This document shows, piece after piece, positions 26,846 through 40,656 of a stretch of 64,000 bases of DNA. Origin of the DNA: Octopus vulgaris (Eukaryota); assembly GCA_951406725.2 (NCBI GenBank), contig OX597817.1, positions 153,140,001-153,204,000 on the forward strand, in the 5' to 3' direction. How positions within the stretch are numbered: position 1 is the first letter of the stretch; the number at the start of each line of letters is the position of its first letter. Position numbers and translations under genes: made by a program. Under the pieces are notes generated by a model that was not told the DNA's origin, made no database searches, and saw nothing but the letters and a program-made list of their open reading frames with translations.

Positions 26846-26885
<40 letters not shown>

Positions 26886-27245
26886 ATACATGTAGTGGCG
26901 TTGAATGATGGTAGTAGCCGCTTTTGCTTTCTCTTGTTTTGGTATTAGCATCAGATTGTTTTGAACCGTAGAGAACTCAGGCACAGGAAAACAAACCTCT
27001 CCCCACTATAAATATGCATCTTAATCTCTCTCTCTATATATATATGTGTGTGTATGTGTGTATGGGGGGGGAGATATTCATGTGTATGTGCCTGTGTGCG
27101 TGCACGTGCATGCATAATTTGCTTATTGTCATGTTTTGGGAATCTATTTTTATTGTATTCATCTCGAATAGATTAACCACACAGCAACAAATTCTCAGAA
27201 CAAAACTTAAGCCTCGCTTACATGATTCAAAGTGCGCGTGCACGC

Positions 27246-27324
<79 letters not shown>

Positions 27325-27337
27325 TATGTTTATTTGG

Positions 27338-27590
27338 GGAGGCACATGGATCAGTGGTTAGAGCGTTGTGAGTTCGAATCCCAGACCGGGCTGCGTGTTG
27401 TGTTCTTGAGCAAGACACTTTATTCCACGTCGCTCCAGTTCACTCAGCTGTAGAAATGAGTTGCGACGTCACAGGTGCCAAAGCTGTATCGGCCTTTGCC
27501 TTTTCCTTGGGGAAGCCGGTATGCATGGGCGACTGCTGGTCTTCCATAAACAATCTTGCCCGGAGGGTAACTTTCTAGGTGGGGGTCCCA
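27338..27590 (+). mobile_element. tRNA-headed CORE-like SINE with an alternative tail
   Basis: gagttcgaatccc B box; ttcttgagcaagacacttt...cagctgtagaaatgagt core. Confidence 0.78.
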
Positions 27591-27634
27591 GCAATATACT
27601 TATGCACTCACACACACACACACACATACATATA

Positions 27635-28015
27635 GGCTCAGGCGTAGCTGCGTGGTAAGAAGCTTGATTCCCAACCACGTATTTCCTGTTCAGTCCCACT
27701 GCGTTAGCTCCTTCAGAAAAATGTTTTCTACTCTAGCTTCGAGCTGACCAAAGCCTTGTAAGTGGATTTCGTAGAGCGGAAACTGAAAGAAGCCTATCAG
27801 TATGTGTGTATGTGTCTGTGTTTGTCCCCAGCACCATCGCTTGTCAACCGGTGTTGGTGTGTCTACGTCACCGTAACTTAGCGGTTCTGCAAAATTAACC
27901 GATAGGATGAGTACTAGGCTGCAAAGAATAAGTTCTGGGTTCCATTTGCTCGATTAAAGGTGGTGCTCCAGCATAGCCACTACCAAATAACTGAAACAAG
28001 CAAAAGAATGAAAGA
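27635..28015 (+). mobile_element. SINE family A, diverged
   Basis: Homology to 4775-5196. Confidence 0.88.
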
Positions 28016-28035
28016 CATATATATATGTGTGTGTG

Positions 28036-28108
<73 letters not shown>

Positions 28109-28325
28109 GTATATATAATTTCTGCGATTCCACACTCTATTCTCTTCCTATTTTCTTTCTTTCTCTCTATCCCTCTATAATCCTTTATATTTATTTTTCG
28201 CCCCCTCCTTCTTTGCTGTTCCTTGTCTATCTTTCTTTCCTTCGCCCTTCTCCTTACTCCCTCCGTTTCTTTCTCTTCTCCTCTCTCTCGTCCCCCTTCC
28301 CTTCTGCCTGTTGATCACACATAAC

Positions 28326-29064
28326 TATTAGGTTGTCAAGAAATTGCTTACGGAATTTTAAATTTTGGTTTTAAATGATGTATTTTCAAACAAATTAATT
28401 TGCGTTAAATTATTTTGACTTTATATATAATTTTAAAGCCCGTTTTTCGCTCTATCTAATCATGTTATTCTTTTTCTCTTTGAATAATTTGGCCATTTTT
28501 TCTGGAATGTTGAATACAACATGGACAAAAGACAAATTCGCACAATTTTCTTATTCTAGTTCAAGCAAGGCCGAAAAGCTGCTGAAACAGCTCGCGATAT
28601 CAACGATGCATTTGGCCCAGGAACCACTAATGAACGTACAGCACAATGGTGGTTCAAGAAGTTTCGTAGCGATGATGAGAGTCTTGAAGATGATAAGCAT
28701 AGTGGTCGTCCATCGGATGTTGACAACGATCAACTAAGAGCCTTAGTCGAAGCCAATCCACGCACAACTGTTCTAGAGCTTGCTTCTGAATTAGGCGCAA
28801 CGTATAACGACAACTTCCAACCACTTGAAAGAGATCGGAAAAACAAAATATCTTCAGAAATGGATGTCGCACGAATTGAACGATAACCAAAAAAAAAAAA
28901 AAAAAAAACAACAACAACAAGAAAGCGCCATTTTGAAGTGTTGTCTTCACTTTTTTAACGCAACAATCAACCGGATTGTGATTTGCGATGAAAAGTGGAT
29001 TCTTTACGACAACCGGCGACGCTCAGATCAGCGGTTGGACGCCGACGAAGCTCCACGTCATTAA
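28326..29064 (+). mobile_element. Mariner transposon remnant (5' TIR plus degenerate transposase)
   Basis: tattaggttg TIR-like start; from 28521 MDKRQIR...AQWWFKKFRS...SGRPS; W.SHEL; IVICDEKWILYDN. Confidence 0.88.
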
Positions 29065-29220
29065 AAATTTTTTTTTTTAATATTCCTGGTACTGCGGTTC
29101 GTGTACTCATCTGAAGAAAACGGTTTTTTATAACGATGTAATTAATGTACCCATTAAGCAATTAAAAAATTCGTTGGAAACAACAGCTATAATGAATTGA
29201 CATCTACCCATCATTTGTTT

Positions 29221-29948
29221 GGGAAATTTATCTCCCCTTGTCTGTCATTAAGATAGTGCTTCTGTGGCGATTGAGTTATTTTGACTCTCATTTCTAGCAA
29301 TGCTGGTACCACTTATTAGCCTCTGTCACGTTAGTGACGTCTATAAATTTGTCTTTCGGTTGTTAAATTGCTAATCAGCCACCCACATTATTTTAGTTTA
29401 CACTTTTACCGTTTTCAGGGTCAAATAACCATAAAATGCCATTAGCTCAACGGTTTTCTTATATGCTGACAAGGTGAGTTGTGTTTAACCCTAGGCGCGG
29501 TAAGATCTATTGATCAGAATTGAGATGTCACCGGTGATCTGGTTATGACCACTGGGGAACTTATTTCCCCTTAACAGTCACCCATATTTTGTAGTATATA
29601 TATATATTGGGTATGGTAGATGAGTTCAGCAAAAAGTTAGATTCAGATGAATATGGGTGGCTTGTTAGCAATTTAACAACCTAATGGCAAATTTATAGAC
29701 GCCACTGACATGATAAAAGGTACTAAAGGGTACCAGCATTGCTAAAAATAAGAGTCAAAATAATCCAATCGCCACAGAAACTTAATGACTGATAAGGGGA
29801 AATAAGTTCTCCAGTGGTCATAACCAGATCACCGGTGATTTCGAATTTTGATACAAAACATCTCAATTCTGATCAATGGATCTTACCGCGCCTAGGGTTA
29901 AACACAACTCACCTTGTCAGCTTATTAGAAAACCGTTGAGCTAATGGC

Positions 29949-29951
<3 letters not shown>
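29221..29951. repeat. Permuted inverted duplication
   Basis: 29221-29388 and 29435-29580 both match the reverse complement of 29653-29951. Confidence 0.87.
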
Positions 29952-30023
<72 letters not shown>

Positions 30024-30339
30024 TGCCTGTGTGGCATCTTGGAGAAATGTCTCCACATTTTCGGATCAGCCCATACTTTGTGAGTGAAATCGGGTAGAGT
30101 TGGAAGCTGTGTAAGGAACCTATCAGTTTGACTGTATCTGTTTTTCAAAAGTTACAGCCTTGTCACTCCCTATGTTACACCTATTCTGTGTTAGAGAATT
30201 ATTGTTCAGCGACTCGCACGTTAATTCAGGAGCAGGTAATTCAGTTGAGTGAATATTTGAATCATCATCGCCGAACGACGGAAATCCACCAGAGACAGAA
30301 AGATAGATAGTTAGGTAGATAGATAGATAGATAGATAAC

Positions 30340-30600
30340 TTTCTTTATTGGCCACACAGGGCTGGACACAAAGGGGACAATTACAAATGTAGAGCTTTTC
30401 TTTTCGGAGATGGAATAGGCAAAAGAAGAAAAAAAGGAAACAAATGTAAAATTTCTATCAAAAGGGATCGGAACAAAAAAAGGCGATCAAAAGGGATCGT
30501 GTATCACAGAAAACATTTTTTTTTCAAAGTAACAAACAAGATTAGGTTCATCCGTGGAAAGAAAAGCCTACAGAAAAGGCCACGGTAACCTCAGGCAGGG
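30340..30600 (-). mobile_element. Probable LINE 3' UTR fragment whose terminus matches the SINE D tail
   Basis: rc tgtcccctttgtgtccagccctgtgtggccaataaagaaa versus SINE D tgtcccctctgtgtttagccccttgtgggcagtaaagaaa. Confidence 0.6.
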
Positions 30601-30764
30601 AGGAAATAAACACATGAGAGCAAAGTGCTCTCTCTCTCTCTTTTACGATTTACAGGATCATGCTCAAAGTGGTTTCGTCACTGGCACGCACCATCATTGC
30701 TACATTCACCCACCTTTTTTTGAAACTTTCACGAGACAAAATCTGCCTCTCTATTCTCACCTTC

Positions 30765-30824
<60 letters not shown>

Positions 30825-30831
30825 GAAGATT

Positions 30832-31060
30832 AATATTGGTTTCAAGTTTTGGCACAATGCTGGCAATTTCAACAAAGGGTGTAAGTCGATTACATCGACC
30901 CCAGTGCTCATCTGGTACTTATTCTATTTACTCGTAAAGAATGAAAGGCTAAGTCAACCTTAGTCAACCTTAGTGGACTGTGAACTCAGAACATAAGACA
31001 GACGAAATGCCGCTATGCATTTTACTCGGCGTGGTAATGATTCTGCCAGCTTATCGCTTC
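30832..31060 (-). mobile_element. SINE family D, diverged
   Basis: gtcgattacatcgaccccagtg...tggtactt...gaactcagaac...gattctgccagct. Confidence 0.8.
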
Positions 31061-31724
31061 AATAAGTAGATTATAATCGATATATGTGTGTCTTAAGCAT
31101 CACCCTGCATAGAAGCGTTAGGTCTCACTATTGTCTATCGCTTGCTTTCTTTGTCTTCAAACATATCGCCATATTTCTTTAACAGAAGGCCTTGTTCTGT
31201 TAAATAGGTATTTCCAGTTGTCAACCCATCAAATCTCTTAATGCTGTTTCTCCATTCAAACCAGATTAACTGATGGTAGTTGAATTTATATATTTTGATT
31301 TCAGTCAATGCAGATCTATTCATTGTTAGCCGGAAATTCATGAGATATTCTTGTGCCGAGAAGTTAGAGCATTAGATAATTGTGCAACATATTTCTAGAG
31401 CTGGCTGCCTTACTTCCTAACCTAACAAAGATATTATATTTAGTAAACTTTCACATCTTTTAGCCTTTCTGCTTGGTTTCATCTTCGATTTTAGCTTCAT
31501 TCCCGAAAGTCTATTCAATGACAAGTACTTTCATTCGAGCGTCGGGGTATAAAATTCGTTTCTGCTCCTGCATTGTCGAAGTTTATAAACGGAAATAACT
31601 TCAAATCTTCCTGTTTTGTCGGACTCTCCTTTCCTTGTCATAGCTTGTCTTTCTCTTTCAACATCTCGATTTCAAAACCGTATTTATATATCGTTGCTAT
31701 TATGTTAAAGTTTCGTATGTCCAA

Positions 31725-31835
<111 letters not shown>

Positions 31836-31860
31836 ATTATTATTATTATTATTATTATCA

Positions 31861-31897
<37 letters not shown>

Positions 31898-31919
31898 CAT
31901 TATTATTATTATCATTATT

Positions 31920-31965
<46 letters not shown>

Positions 31966-31967
<2 letters not shown>

Positions 31968-32465
31968 GAGAGAGCAGTGCATGCCGTCAAAGTGACACTG
32001 AGGTAAAATATACGAAGCCCAATATACCCATCATGACTACCCGTCTGATAAGGGTACACCAGGCACATGCATCACAACCATATGTGCGCAACATAGTGAT
32101 CTCATATCAAGATAAACAGCGCATGACCTTGCAGGTGGGGCCCAGTTAGAAATTTCTTCAGGTTGAGTAGCCCATCCCGCTTAAAATGTCCCTGAATAAG
32201 GGTTGTTTAAGGATGTTGAAAGAACCACCCATGTTTCCAGAGGTGAATTATTCAAACCCCAAAGAATCCCTCTCAACACATGGCTATGAAGCTCCCCCAC
32301 TACTTCTGCTCGTGATCAGAGATGCACATATCGTCAGCCACTAAGGGACAAGCTCAACTGGTTAAGGTCAAACAACTGACAAGCAAATCTGTGGTATTGA
32401 GCAGAATATTTGTATACCAAGACAAAACAACGTACGTGATAACACTTCCAGTCAGTTAAGATCAG
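31966..32465 (-). mobile_element. ~520-bp non-coding TAA-associated element
   Basis: Reverse complement of 40673-41177; 3' end abuts the (TTA)n tract at 31725-31965. Confidence 0.88.
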
Positions 32466-32862
32466 CTACTGGTGGTAGGTGTGGTGATTGTGGTGCTCAT
32501 GAGGATAATATTGACGACGACGACGAGAACAACGACGAGGTTGGTGATGGTGAAGTGGTGCTGGTGATGTGGCGGTGGTGATGTTGACGATGGTGATGAT
32601 GATAATAAAGATGTTGATGCGTGTGATGCAATGATGATGATGATGGTGATGATGATGATGAGAGTGATGCAATGATGGTGATGATGACGATGATCAAAAT
32701 ATGACGAAGATGATGATGATGATAATGATGATGATGTGGAGGTTTATTCATTTATTTTTAGTATTTTTTTTCTTCTTCTTCTTCTTCCCTGCCAATCAGT
32801 TGGATGCCTTTTGTTTCGTGACATAATGTCTTTGTAGCCATTGCAACAACAACGCCAACGCC

Positions 32863-32908
<46 letters not shown>

Positions 32909-33404
32909 TTTAGCAGCATTATCTCATGTAATGTCAACAGTACTCTGTTTAGTCTCCGTTGCATTTGCGCTTCGAGGAGGAGAGCCAGAAAATGATGAGA
33001 TCTGAAGAAATTTTCTGGCTCTCTAAGAAGACAGGCTTAATGTTTTGGCAACGCCATATACGTGTGGCAGCCAGGAAAGTTTAATCAAGTCTAAAGAATA
33101 AAAGTAGATTAAATATGGTTGGAACCAGCAACACGTAATCTCTTTTGGAACAAACACATTTTCGTCGGGTGGAATATAACATAGGTTTTTCTTTTTCTTG
33201 TTTTTCTTTTTGCAAAGAATTTTTTTGTAGGTAATGTCATTGGACTATTGTAATTTCTTTCAAGTTATTATTTTCAATTCTTTACATTGTTATAAATTTA
33301 TACCTTGAATGTAAAGTACAGTGTTCTGTCATTCCTTCATTCCTTCATTCATTCATTCATTTATTGATCTAATCTTTCTTTCTGTCTTTACACGAACTCT
33401 CATT

Positions 33405-33407
33405 ACA

Positions 33408-33438
<31 letters not shown>

Positions 33439-33829
33439 CATACACACTACATACATACTTACATACATACATACATGCATACATACATACATACAGACAT
33501 ACATACACACATACATACATACACACTACATACATACATGCATACATACATACATACATACATACATACATACATACATACATACATACATACATACATA
33601 CATACATACATACATACATACATACATACATACATACATACATTATATACATACATACATTATATACATACATACATTATATACACGTTCATATATATTC
33701 CGTCATTCTTTTACGCGTTGCAACCCAAAGACTGTGGCCATGCTGTAGTGTTATTATCTTTTCAGTGACCATTGTTATCATTCTTTCAATGACCATTCTT
33801 CTCTGATTGGATTTTGGGAAGGAGGTAGT

Positions 33830-33862
<33 letters not shown>

Positions 33863-34064
33863 CACACACATACATACATATATGTGTGTGTATCTATATA
33901 TTTATATATATATGTAAAATAACTAAATGCGTGTATTTATGAATGTACGCATGTATATAAATTATATATATATATATATATATACAAGCATATATACATG
34001 CATATATACAAGCATATATATATATATATATATATATATGCATGTATATATGTATTATGTATGA

Positions 34065-34096
<32 letters not shown>

Positions 34097-34984
34097 TAGG
34101 TGAAATAGCACAAATCGAAAGCGGGAAATAAGAAGGCGGACAGATGGATCACGTGAGAGGTTACAAGAAGTAGGCAAAAATTCAAAATTATTACAAAAAT
34201 ATATACACACACATACACTCACTCACACACACACAGGCGCGTGCGCACGCACACAAACGTACACGCACACGCACACACACACGTACGCACTCACTTATAC
34301 ATTCACACACAAATAATAAAAATCGCGCACAGTGAATAGTAAAACGATAGAAAGAAAAGGAAAAGAAAATGGTAGACTGACGTTTCAGATGAGCAACTTT
34401 TATTCATCCAAAGTAAGATATAAAAAAAAGGAACGAGAAAAGAAACGATACCTGTTTTTTGATGCACGTGTGTATCTTTCTGTTACATATTACACACCTA
34501 TATACATATGCGCGAACACACACAGACACTTACATAGGCATACAAACATATACACACAAACTCATTCCTTTCATGTGTGCTTATATATCCACACACACAC
34601 ACATATATATATACATATATATATGTATATGTGTATATATATGTATATGTATATGTATATATATTATATATATATATATGGATATGTATATGTATATATA
34701 TTATATATATATATGGATATATATATATATATGTATATATATATATGTACACATAAACATATAAATATATATATATATATGTATATATATATGGATATAT
34801 ATATATATGTATATATATATATATGTACACATAAACATATAAATATATATATACATATATATGTATATATATATGCATATATATGCACATGTATATATAT
34901 ATATATGTATATACATATATATGCATATGTATATGTATTTATGTATATGTATATATATATATATATATATGCATATATATATGC

Positions 34985-35040
<56 letters not shown>
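33405..35040. repeat. (TACA)n, (CA)n and (TA)n microsatellite field
   Basis: Visible. Confidence 0.9.
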
Positions 35041-35041
<1 letters not shown>

Positions 35042-35044
<3 letters not shown>

Positions 35045-35406
35045 ATATATAAACGGCAGTTTGTCTGTGTGTGTTTCTGTGTGTCTGTTAGGTTGTACCC
35101 TCACCCTGACCACGGCTTTCAACCGATTCTGATGAAACTTGACACACACATAGCCCAATGTCATAATTCAAAACTAACGCAGCGAAAATTTTGAAAAGTT
35201 CCCCCAGTTCTGAAAAAAATCGATAAATTCGACATGGGGTCGAGAATCAGAAACACAAACCACAGACTGTCTAGGGGACGCAACTCGACCTTTTTAACTA
35301 AAAAAAATTTACCATAATTTTTTTCCATTTTTTGGCTATAACTCTCTAAAAATGCTTTATAGTTATTTCCCTTACAAACCCGAGCAACGCCGGGCGATAC
35401 TGCTAG
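35042..35406 (+). mobile_element. Non-autonomous Helitron
   Basis: A|TC start, subterminal cccg..cggg hairpin, CTAG|T end, no TSD, inserted in (TA)n. Confidence 0.85.
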
Positions 35407-35537
35407 TATATATATACATAACGATCACTGTGAAAGTGACCGTGCTTTACCAGTAATCCACCAGGTGTAAAGCATTCGGTTATTTATCCATTATGTATGT
35501 ATGTATGTATATATATATATATATATGTATATATAAT

Positions 35538-35695
35538 CTTTTATTCTTTTATTTGTTTCACTCATTTGGATGCGGCCACGTTGGAGCACCCTCTTTAGTC
35601 GAACAAATCGACCCCAGGACTTATTATTTGTAAGCCTAGTACTTATTCTATCGGTCGCATTTACCGAACCGCTTAGCTACGGGAACGTAGACACG
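35538..35695 (-). mobile_element. SINE family A 3' fragment
   Basis: Reverse complement of the SINE A tail. Confidence 0.82.
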
Positions 35696-35881
35696 CCACC
35701 ACCACCATCATCATCATCATCATCGTCGTCGTCGTCGTCGTCGTCACCATCATTACCAGCATCATCACAATCATTGTTGTCACCGCCATCGTTATAATCA
35801 GGTCAAAACTACTACCACCACCACCGCCGCTGCCTGTAGAGTAGTGCTGGCTCTGCGCAAATCATGCTTACTGTGATAGTA

Positions 35882-36909
35882 CGAGGTGGTATCAAAAAGT
35901 TCCCGGACTAGTCATGTAGCGCGCCAGCAGATGGCAGCACATGGTTGCGTGCGCATTGAGAGCTAACAATGACCTTCATGAGACAGTGTGCCGAATGGCA
36001 TCACTATATTTACTTCGAAACTTGTGAAATTTGTATTTTTGTGATCATTTGTATGCTATAGTCTGGCTTTTTTGTCATGGTCAGGAGGTCAGAACAAAGA
36101 GCTAACATAAAATTTTGTTTTAAACTTAGGGAAGTCTGTTGCAGAAACGTTGAGCGTGCATCGGCAAACTTACACCGACGAGGCAAAGGGTCGTACGCAG
36201 TGTTCCGAGTGGCACGGGTCACACGACAGGTCCGCAACTCGATCAAGAGCATGCTCATCGTTTCTTATTTCTTTACTACCCACAAGGGGCTACACACAGA
36301 AGAGACATACAAGGACAGACAAAAGGATTAAGTAAATTATATCGACCCCAATGCGTAACTGGTACTTATTTAATCGACTCCGAAAGGATGAAAGCGCAAA
36401 GTCGAGATCGGCGGAATTTGAACTCAGAACGTAGCGACAGACGAAATACCTATTTCTTTACTACCCACAAGAGGCTAAACACAGAGGGGACAAACAAGGA
36501 CAGACATAGGTATTAAGTCGATTACATCGACCCCAGTGCGTAACTGGTACTTAATTTATCGACCCCGAAAGGATGAAAGGCAAAGTCGACCTCGGCGGAA
36601 TTTGAACTCACAACGTAACGAAGACGAAATACCGCTAAGCATTTCGCCCGGCGTGCTAACGATTCTGCCAGCTCGCCGCCTTTCGATGTTTTAACACCGT
36701 TATCGAGATCAAGAGAGAATCGCAGAAGGTCCTCGTCACGCTTACGGAAAGCGACTTCCAGGCTGGGTTCCAAAGGTGGCCGGAATTCTAGGACCGGCGC
36801 ATTGTTGCGCAAGGTGACTATTTCAAAGATGATGATGCTAAAACTTAAGTAAACAAATAAATATTTTTTTATTAAACAAGTAGTCCGCGAACTTTTTGAT
36901 ACTACCTCG
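35882..36909 (+). mobile_element. Internally deleted mariner element with both TIRs and TA TSD
   Basis: TA-cgaggtggtatcaaaaagttcccggacta ... tagtccgcgaactttttgatactacctcg-TA; EQRANIKFCFKL N-terminus. Confidence 0.88.
36261..36680 (-). mobile_element. SINE family D dimer nested in the mariner
   Basis: Junction gaaatacctatttc at 36443-36456. Confidence 0.9.
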
Positions 36910-37674
36910 TATATTGGTGTTATAAAAGCAATTGGCTAGCAGTCTTGTTGTGGTAGTGGTTTGTAGTGTGGTATTCCAACCGTGACAATCCCCTATTACT
37001 TCCCTATTACTTAGAAACATTCACGTTTGGCCGGTGGCGGTAGTAGTGATGTTAGTAATTTGGTGCAAGTGAAATGTTGCAGTGTGGTCGTAGTGGTAGT
37101 AGAGTGCAGTGTGATGTGGTAGTCATTTAGTAGTAGTAGTGTGGTGGTGGTAGTTGTGGTGGTTAAAGTAGCCTTTGACTTATTAAAGTTGTCGTACTGA
37201 AGTCGTGGTGACGTATGATGACATTGGTGACAGTGGTAGCGACAGCGGTGGTGGCGGTGGTGGTGGAGGTGGTGATGGTGCCGGTGGTGGTGGAGGTGGT
37301 GATGGTGCTAGCGTCGGTGGAGGTGGTCCGGGAACTTTTTGATACCACCTCGTACTATCACAGCAAGCATGATTTGCGCAGAGCCAGCACTACTCTATAG
37401 GCAGCGATGGTGGTGGTGGTAGTGGTTTTTACCTGATTATAACGATGGCGGTGACAACAATGATAGTTTTGTGGAGGTAGTGGCACTGATGGTGATGGTG
37501 GTGGTGGTAGCGGAGGTTATACGGTTGATGGTAACGCTAATGAGGGTAGTGGTGGTGACGCTGGTAAAGATGGCAGTGTTGGCGGTGGCGGTGTTGCCAG
37601 TGATGAGTATGCTGGAGTAATCAGCTAAAAGGAAATATGAGATAAAGCAACAGAAGTAGGAGCAGTGGCAGCAG

Positions 37675-37710
37675 CTGGATGACAATGATGATGATGACAA
37701 AGATGATGAC

Positions 37711-37780
<70 letters not shown>

Positions 37781-38067
37781 GCAATGATGACAATTTGGGT
37801 GATGAAGCTGATGATGATGATAACGATGATTATGTTGATGATGATGATAACGACGACGATAACGATGATAATGAGGATGATGATGACGACGACAACAACA
37901 TCGATGATAATGAGGATGATGATGATGATGGCAACGACGATGATAATGATGATTATGATGATGATGATGGTGATGCTGATGATGATGATGGTGATTTTGA
38001 AGGTGGTGGTCGTGGTGGTGATGATGATGATGATAATGATGATGGTGAGGATGATGACGAGGATGAC

Positions 38068-38104
<37 letters not shown>
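37675..38104. repeat. (GAT)n microsatellite
   Basis: Visible. Confidence 0.95.
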
Positions 38105-38488
38105 TTAAGGACAGTGATTTATTACCTGGAAACAAGAATGGTGTGCCAATTACATACGAAATGATAATTATCTTCTTTCAATCTCCCCTTTATTCTCCTC
38201 TTCATCCTTATTATCGTCATCATCATCGTCGTTGTCATTATCGCTAAGGTGGACTGACTGAGTCGTTAGGGCGTTGGCAAAAATGCCTTGCAGTGCTTCT
38301 TTCGTCTTGAGTTCAAAACCCGTTGCGGTCAAAATTTTCTGTCATTAATCTGTGGCCTGCAAAATAAAATACTAGTCAAATAGGGGATCGATTTAATTCC
38401 CTAGCCTCACCTCCCTCCAAATGTTTATATGATGCTATAAATTGTACAACAACAACAACAACAATAATAATAATAAAATTACATTCTA

Positions 38489-39790
38489 TTGTCAAGGAAG
38501 CTTGCATATTCGCAAAGAAACTCGGCGTTAATCCTGAATAAGATGAAGAACCTGAAGCCACTGCAGCCAAACAAACAAAAAGGATCAAACAGATTGCAAA
38601 AAAGAACGGGTAGAAACAAATTGAGGAGCGGGGGAACCAGAAGCCTCTGTATGGACAGTATATACTTCGAAGCCGAAATGCTGATGTAGAACAAGAAACA
38701 ACCCATCAGTAGCTGAGAAGTTCAAGACTGAAAGTAGAGACGGAAGGTTTCATATTAGTGGCACAAGGAGAAAGCTTGCTCATCAAAAATTACCAGGCTA
38801 CCTTCAAAACAGTTTTGACCCTAAATGCAGATTCTGCGATACATTTGACGAAACAATAAACGAACTCGTCTCGGAATGTCCTGTGCTGACACCAAGCAAA
38901 TACAAAATTGCTATGATAGGCGCAGGAGTGGCTGTGTGGTAAGTAGCTTGTTAACCAACCACATGGTTCCGGGTTCAGTCCCACTGCGTGGCATCTTGGG
39001 CAAGTGTCTTCTGCTATAGCCCTGGGCCGACCAATGCCTTGTGAGTGGATTTGGTAGACGGAAACTGAAAGAAGCCTGTCGTATATATGTATATATATGT
39101 AAGTGTGTGTGTATATGTTTGTGTGTCTGTGTTTGTCCCCCTAGCATTGCTTGACAACCGATGCTGGTGTGTTTATGGCCCCGTCACTTAGCGGTTCGGC
39201 AAAAGAGACCGATAGAATAAGTACTGGGCTTACAAAGAATAAGTCCTGGGGTCGAGTTGCTCGATTAAAGGTGGTGCTCCAGCATGGCCGCAGTCAAATG
39301 ACTGAAACAAGTAAAAGGGTAAAAGGGTAAAATGGGTAAGGGTATAGGGTACGACAGTATTTACATTGGAAAACATGTAAACACTACAAAATCGACACTC
39401 TTGCATATTGGTATGAACATAATCCTGAGCCAGTCGTTGAAGGTAAAAATGTTTCTGTCCTCTGGGATTTTTCAGTCAACACCGACAGAGCGATCCAGGC
39501 TAATCGACCAGGCATAGTCATTAAAGACAAGGAAGAAAATACTTGTAGACTAATAGATGTAAGTGTTCCCACTGATAAAAATATATCTGTAAAGGAATTT
39601 GACAAATTAAGTAAATATAAGGACATGGAAATTGAAATACAAAAGATGTAGCATCTTAAAGCGAGAACTGTACCTGTTATTGTGGGTGCCCTAGGTATGA
39701 TAAAAAAGGGATGTCAAAAACATCTAGATAATGTCCCAGCAGAACCATGTCTCAGAGAAATCCCAAAGGTTGTACTAACATGCGCTGCTC
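38489..39790 (+). mobile_element. Older R4/Dong-like LINE fragment (Zn knuckle plus RLE), split by a SINE A
   Basis: ETEGFILVAQ, PKCRFC...ECPVL, ANRPGIV, LIDVSVP, DKLSKYKD, VGALGMIKK; begins next to (CAA)(TAA). Confidence 0.85.
38919..39344 (+). mobile_element. SINE family A, full length
   Basis: Homology to 4775-5196. Confidence 0.93.
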
Positions 39791-39939
39791 GAATAAATGT
39801 GATGATAATTTTAGCATGCATAGCAAAACAAAAGTGCCCTTGTTACGCTTGGCCTCCGGAGGATGCCCATTACTAAGGTAGCTGAAATAAAATTATAATA
39901 AAAAGAGACCATAAATGATTTTAATAGTAATCATAATTT

Positions 39940-40292
39940 GTAGGAGCATTTGGAATGATTAAAAAAAGAACTGAAAATGATTTAGGAATGATCCCTTGCT
40001 TACCATCCATGTAGGGAGTGTAAAAGATTGCCTTAACTAATACGTCACACGTATTAAGAAGAGCATTATGGCTGTGAATTTTCTTTTCTTTTCTCCCTTT
40101 ATTTTATTTGTTTACTTTTCTGTTTTTTCCCCCTTTATCTCTCTGTCTTACCCCTTTTCTCTGTCATATGACTCTGTAAATGAACAATCTGGTGGGCTTG
40201 TTTTAATGGCCTAAAATGTTTACAGTACGTTTTCTGCCCTAGGTGCCAAGAAGACACTCGGCAAGAAATGGAAACAAAATTGAGAGAAGATT
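39940..40292 (+). mobile_element. R4/Dong-like 3' end fragment
   Basis: VGAFGMIKK...SHVLRRAL; the 3' UTR is homologous to about 42030-42262; followed by (TAA)n. Confidence 0.7.
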
Positions 40293-40293
40293 C

Positions 40294-40336
<43 letters not shown>

Positions 40337-40359
40337 CAACAACAACAACAACAGCAACT

Positions 40360-40656
40360 GCCCTGATGCAGTACCAGGCAATGCCCTGATGCAGTACCAG
40401 GCAATGCTCTGATACAGTACCAGGCAATGCCCTGATACAGTACCAGGCAATGCCCTGATGCAGTACCAGGCAATGCCCTGATGCAGTACCAGGCAATGCC
40501 CTGATGCAGTACCAGGCAATGCCCTGATGCAGTACCAGGCAATGCCCTGATGCAGTACCAGGCAATGCCCTGATGCATTACCAGACAATGCCCTGATGCA
40601 GTACCAGGCAATGCCCTGATGCAGTACCAGGCAATGCCCTGATGCAGTACCAGGCA
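40360..40656 (+). repeat. Minisatellite, 13 copies of 23 bp (gccctgatgcagtaccaggcaat)
   Basis: Unit starts at 40360, 40383 ... 40636. Confidence 0.95.

Noticed and set aside
31135-31720. Possible R4-like ORF remnant on the minus strand next to (TAA)n
   Set aside because: No diagnostic motif recovered by manual translation.
32980-33023. 14-bp perfect hairpin resembling a terminator
   Set aside because: No U-tract, and intrinsic terminators are irrelevant in this eukaryotic context.
35129-35140. ctgatgaaac as a hammerhead
   Set aside because: No stem II or stem I; it is an internal motif of the Helitron.
37795-38247. Asp-rich 150-aa protein (biomineralisation-like)
   Set aside because: Translation of (GAT)n; non-ATG start and no signal peptide.
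40362-40380. CTGATG in the 23-mer as a hammerhead core
   Set aside because: It reads CUGAUGC and there is no GAAA box.
40360-40656. CRISPR-like array or repeat protein
   Set aside because: Units are contiguous with no unique spacers, there are no cas genes, and the context is eukaryotic. The ORFs are 3 x 23-nt periodic artefacts.
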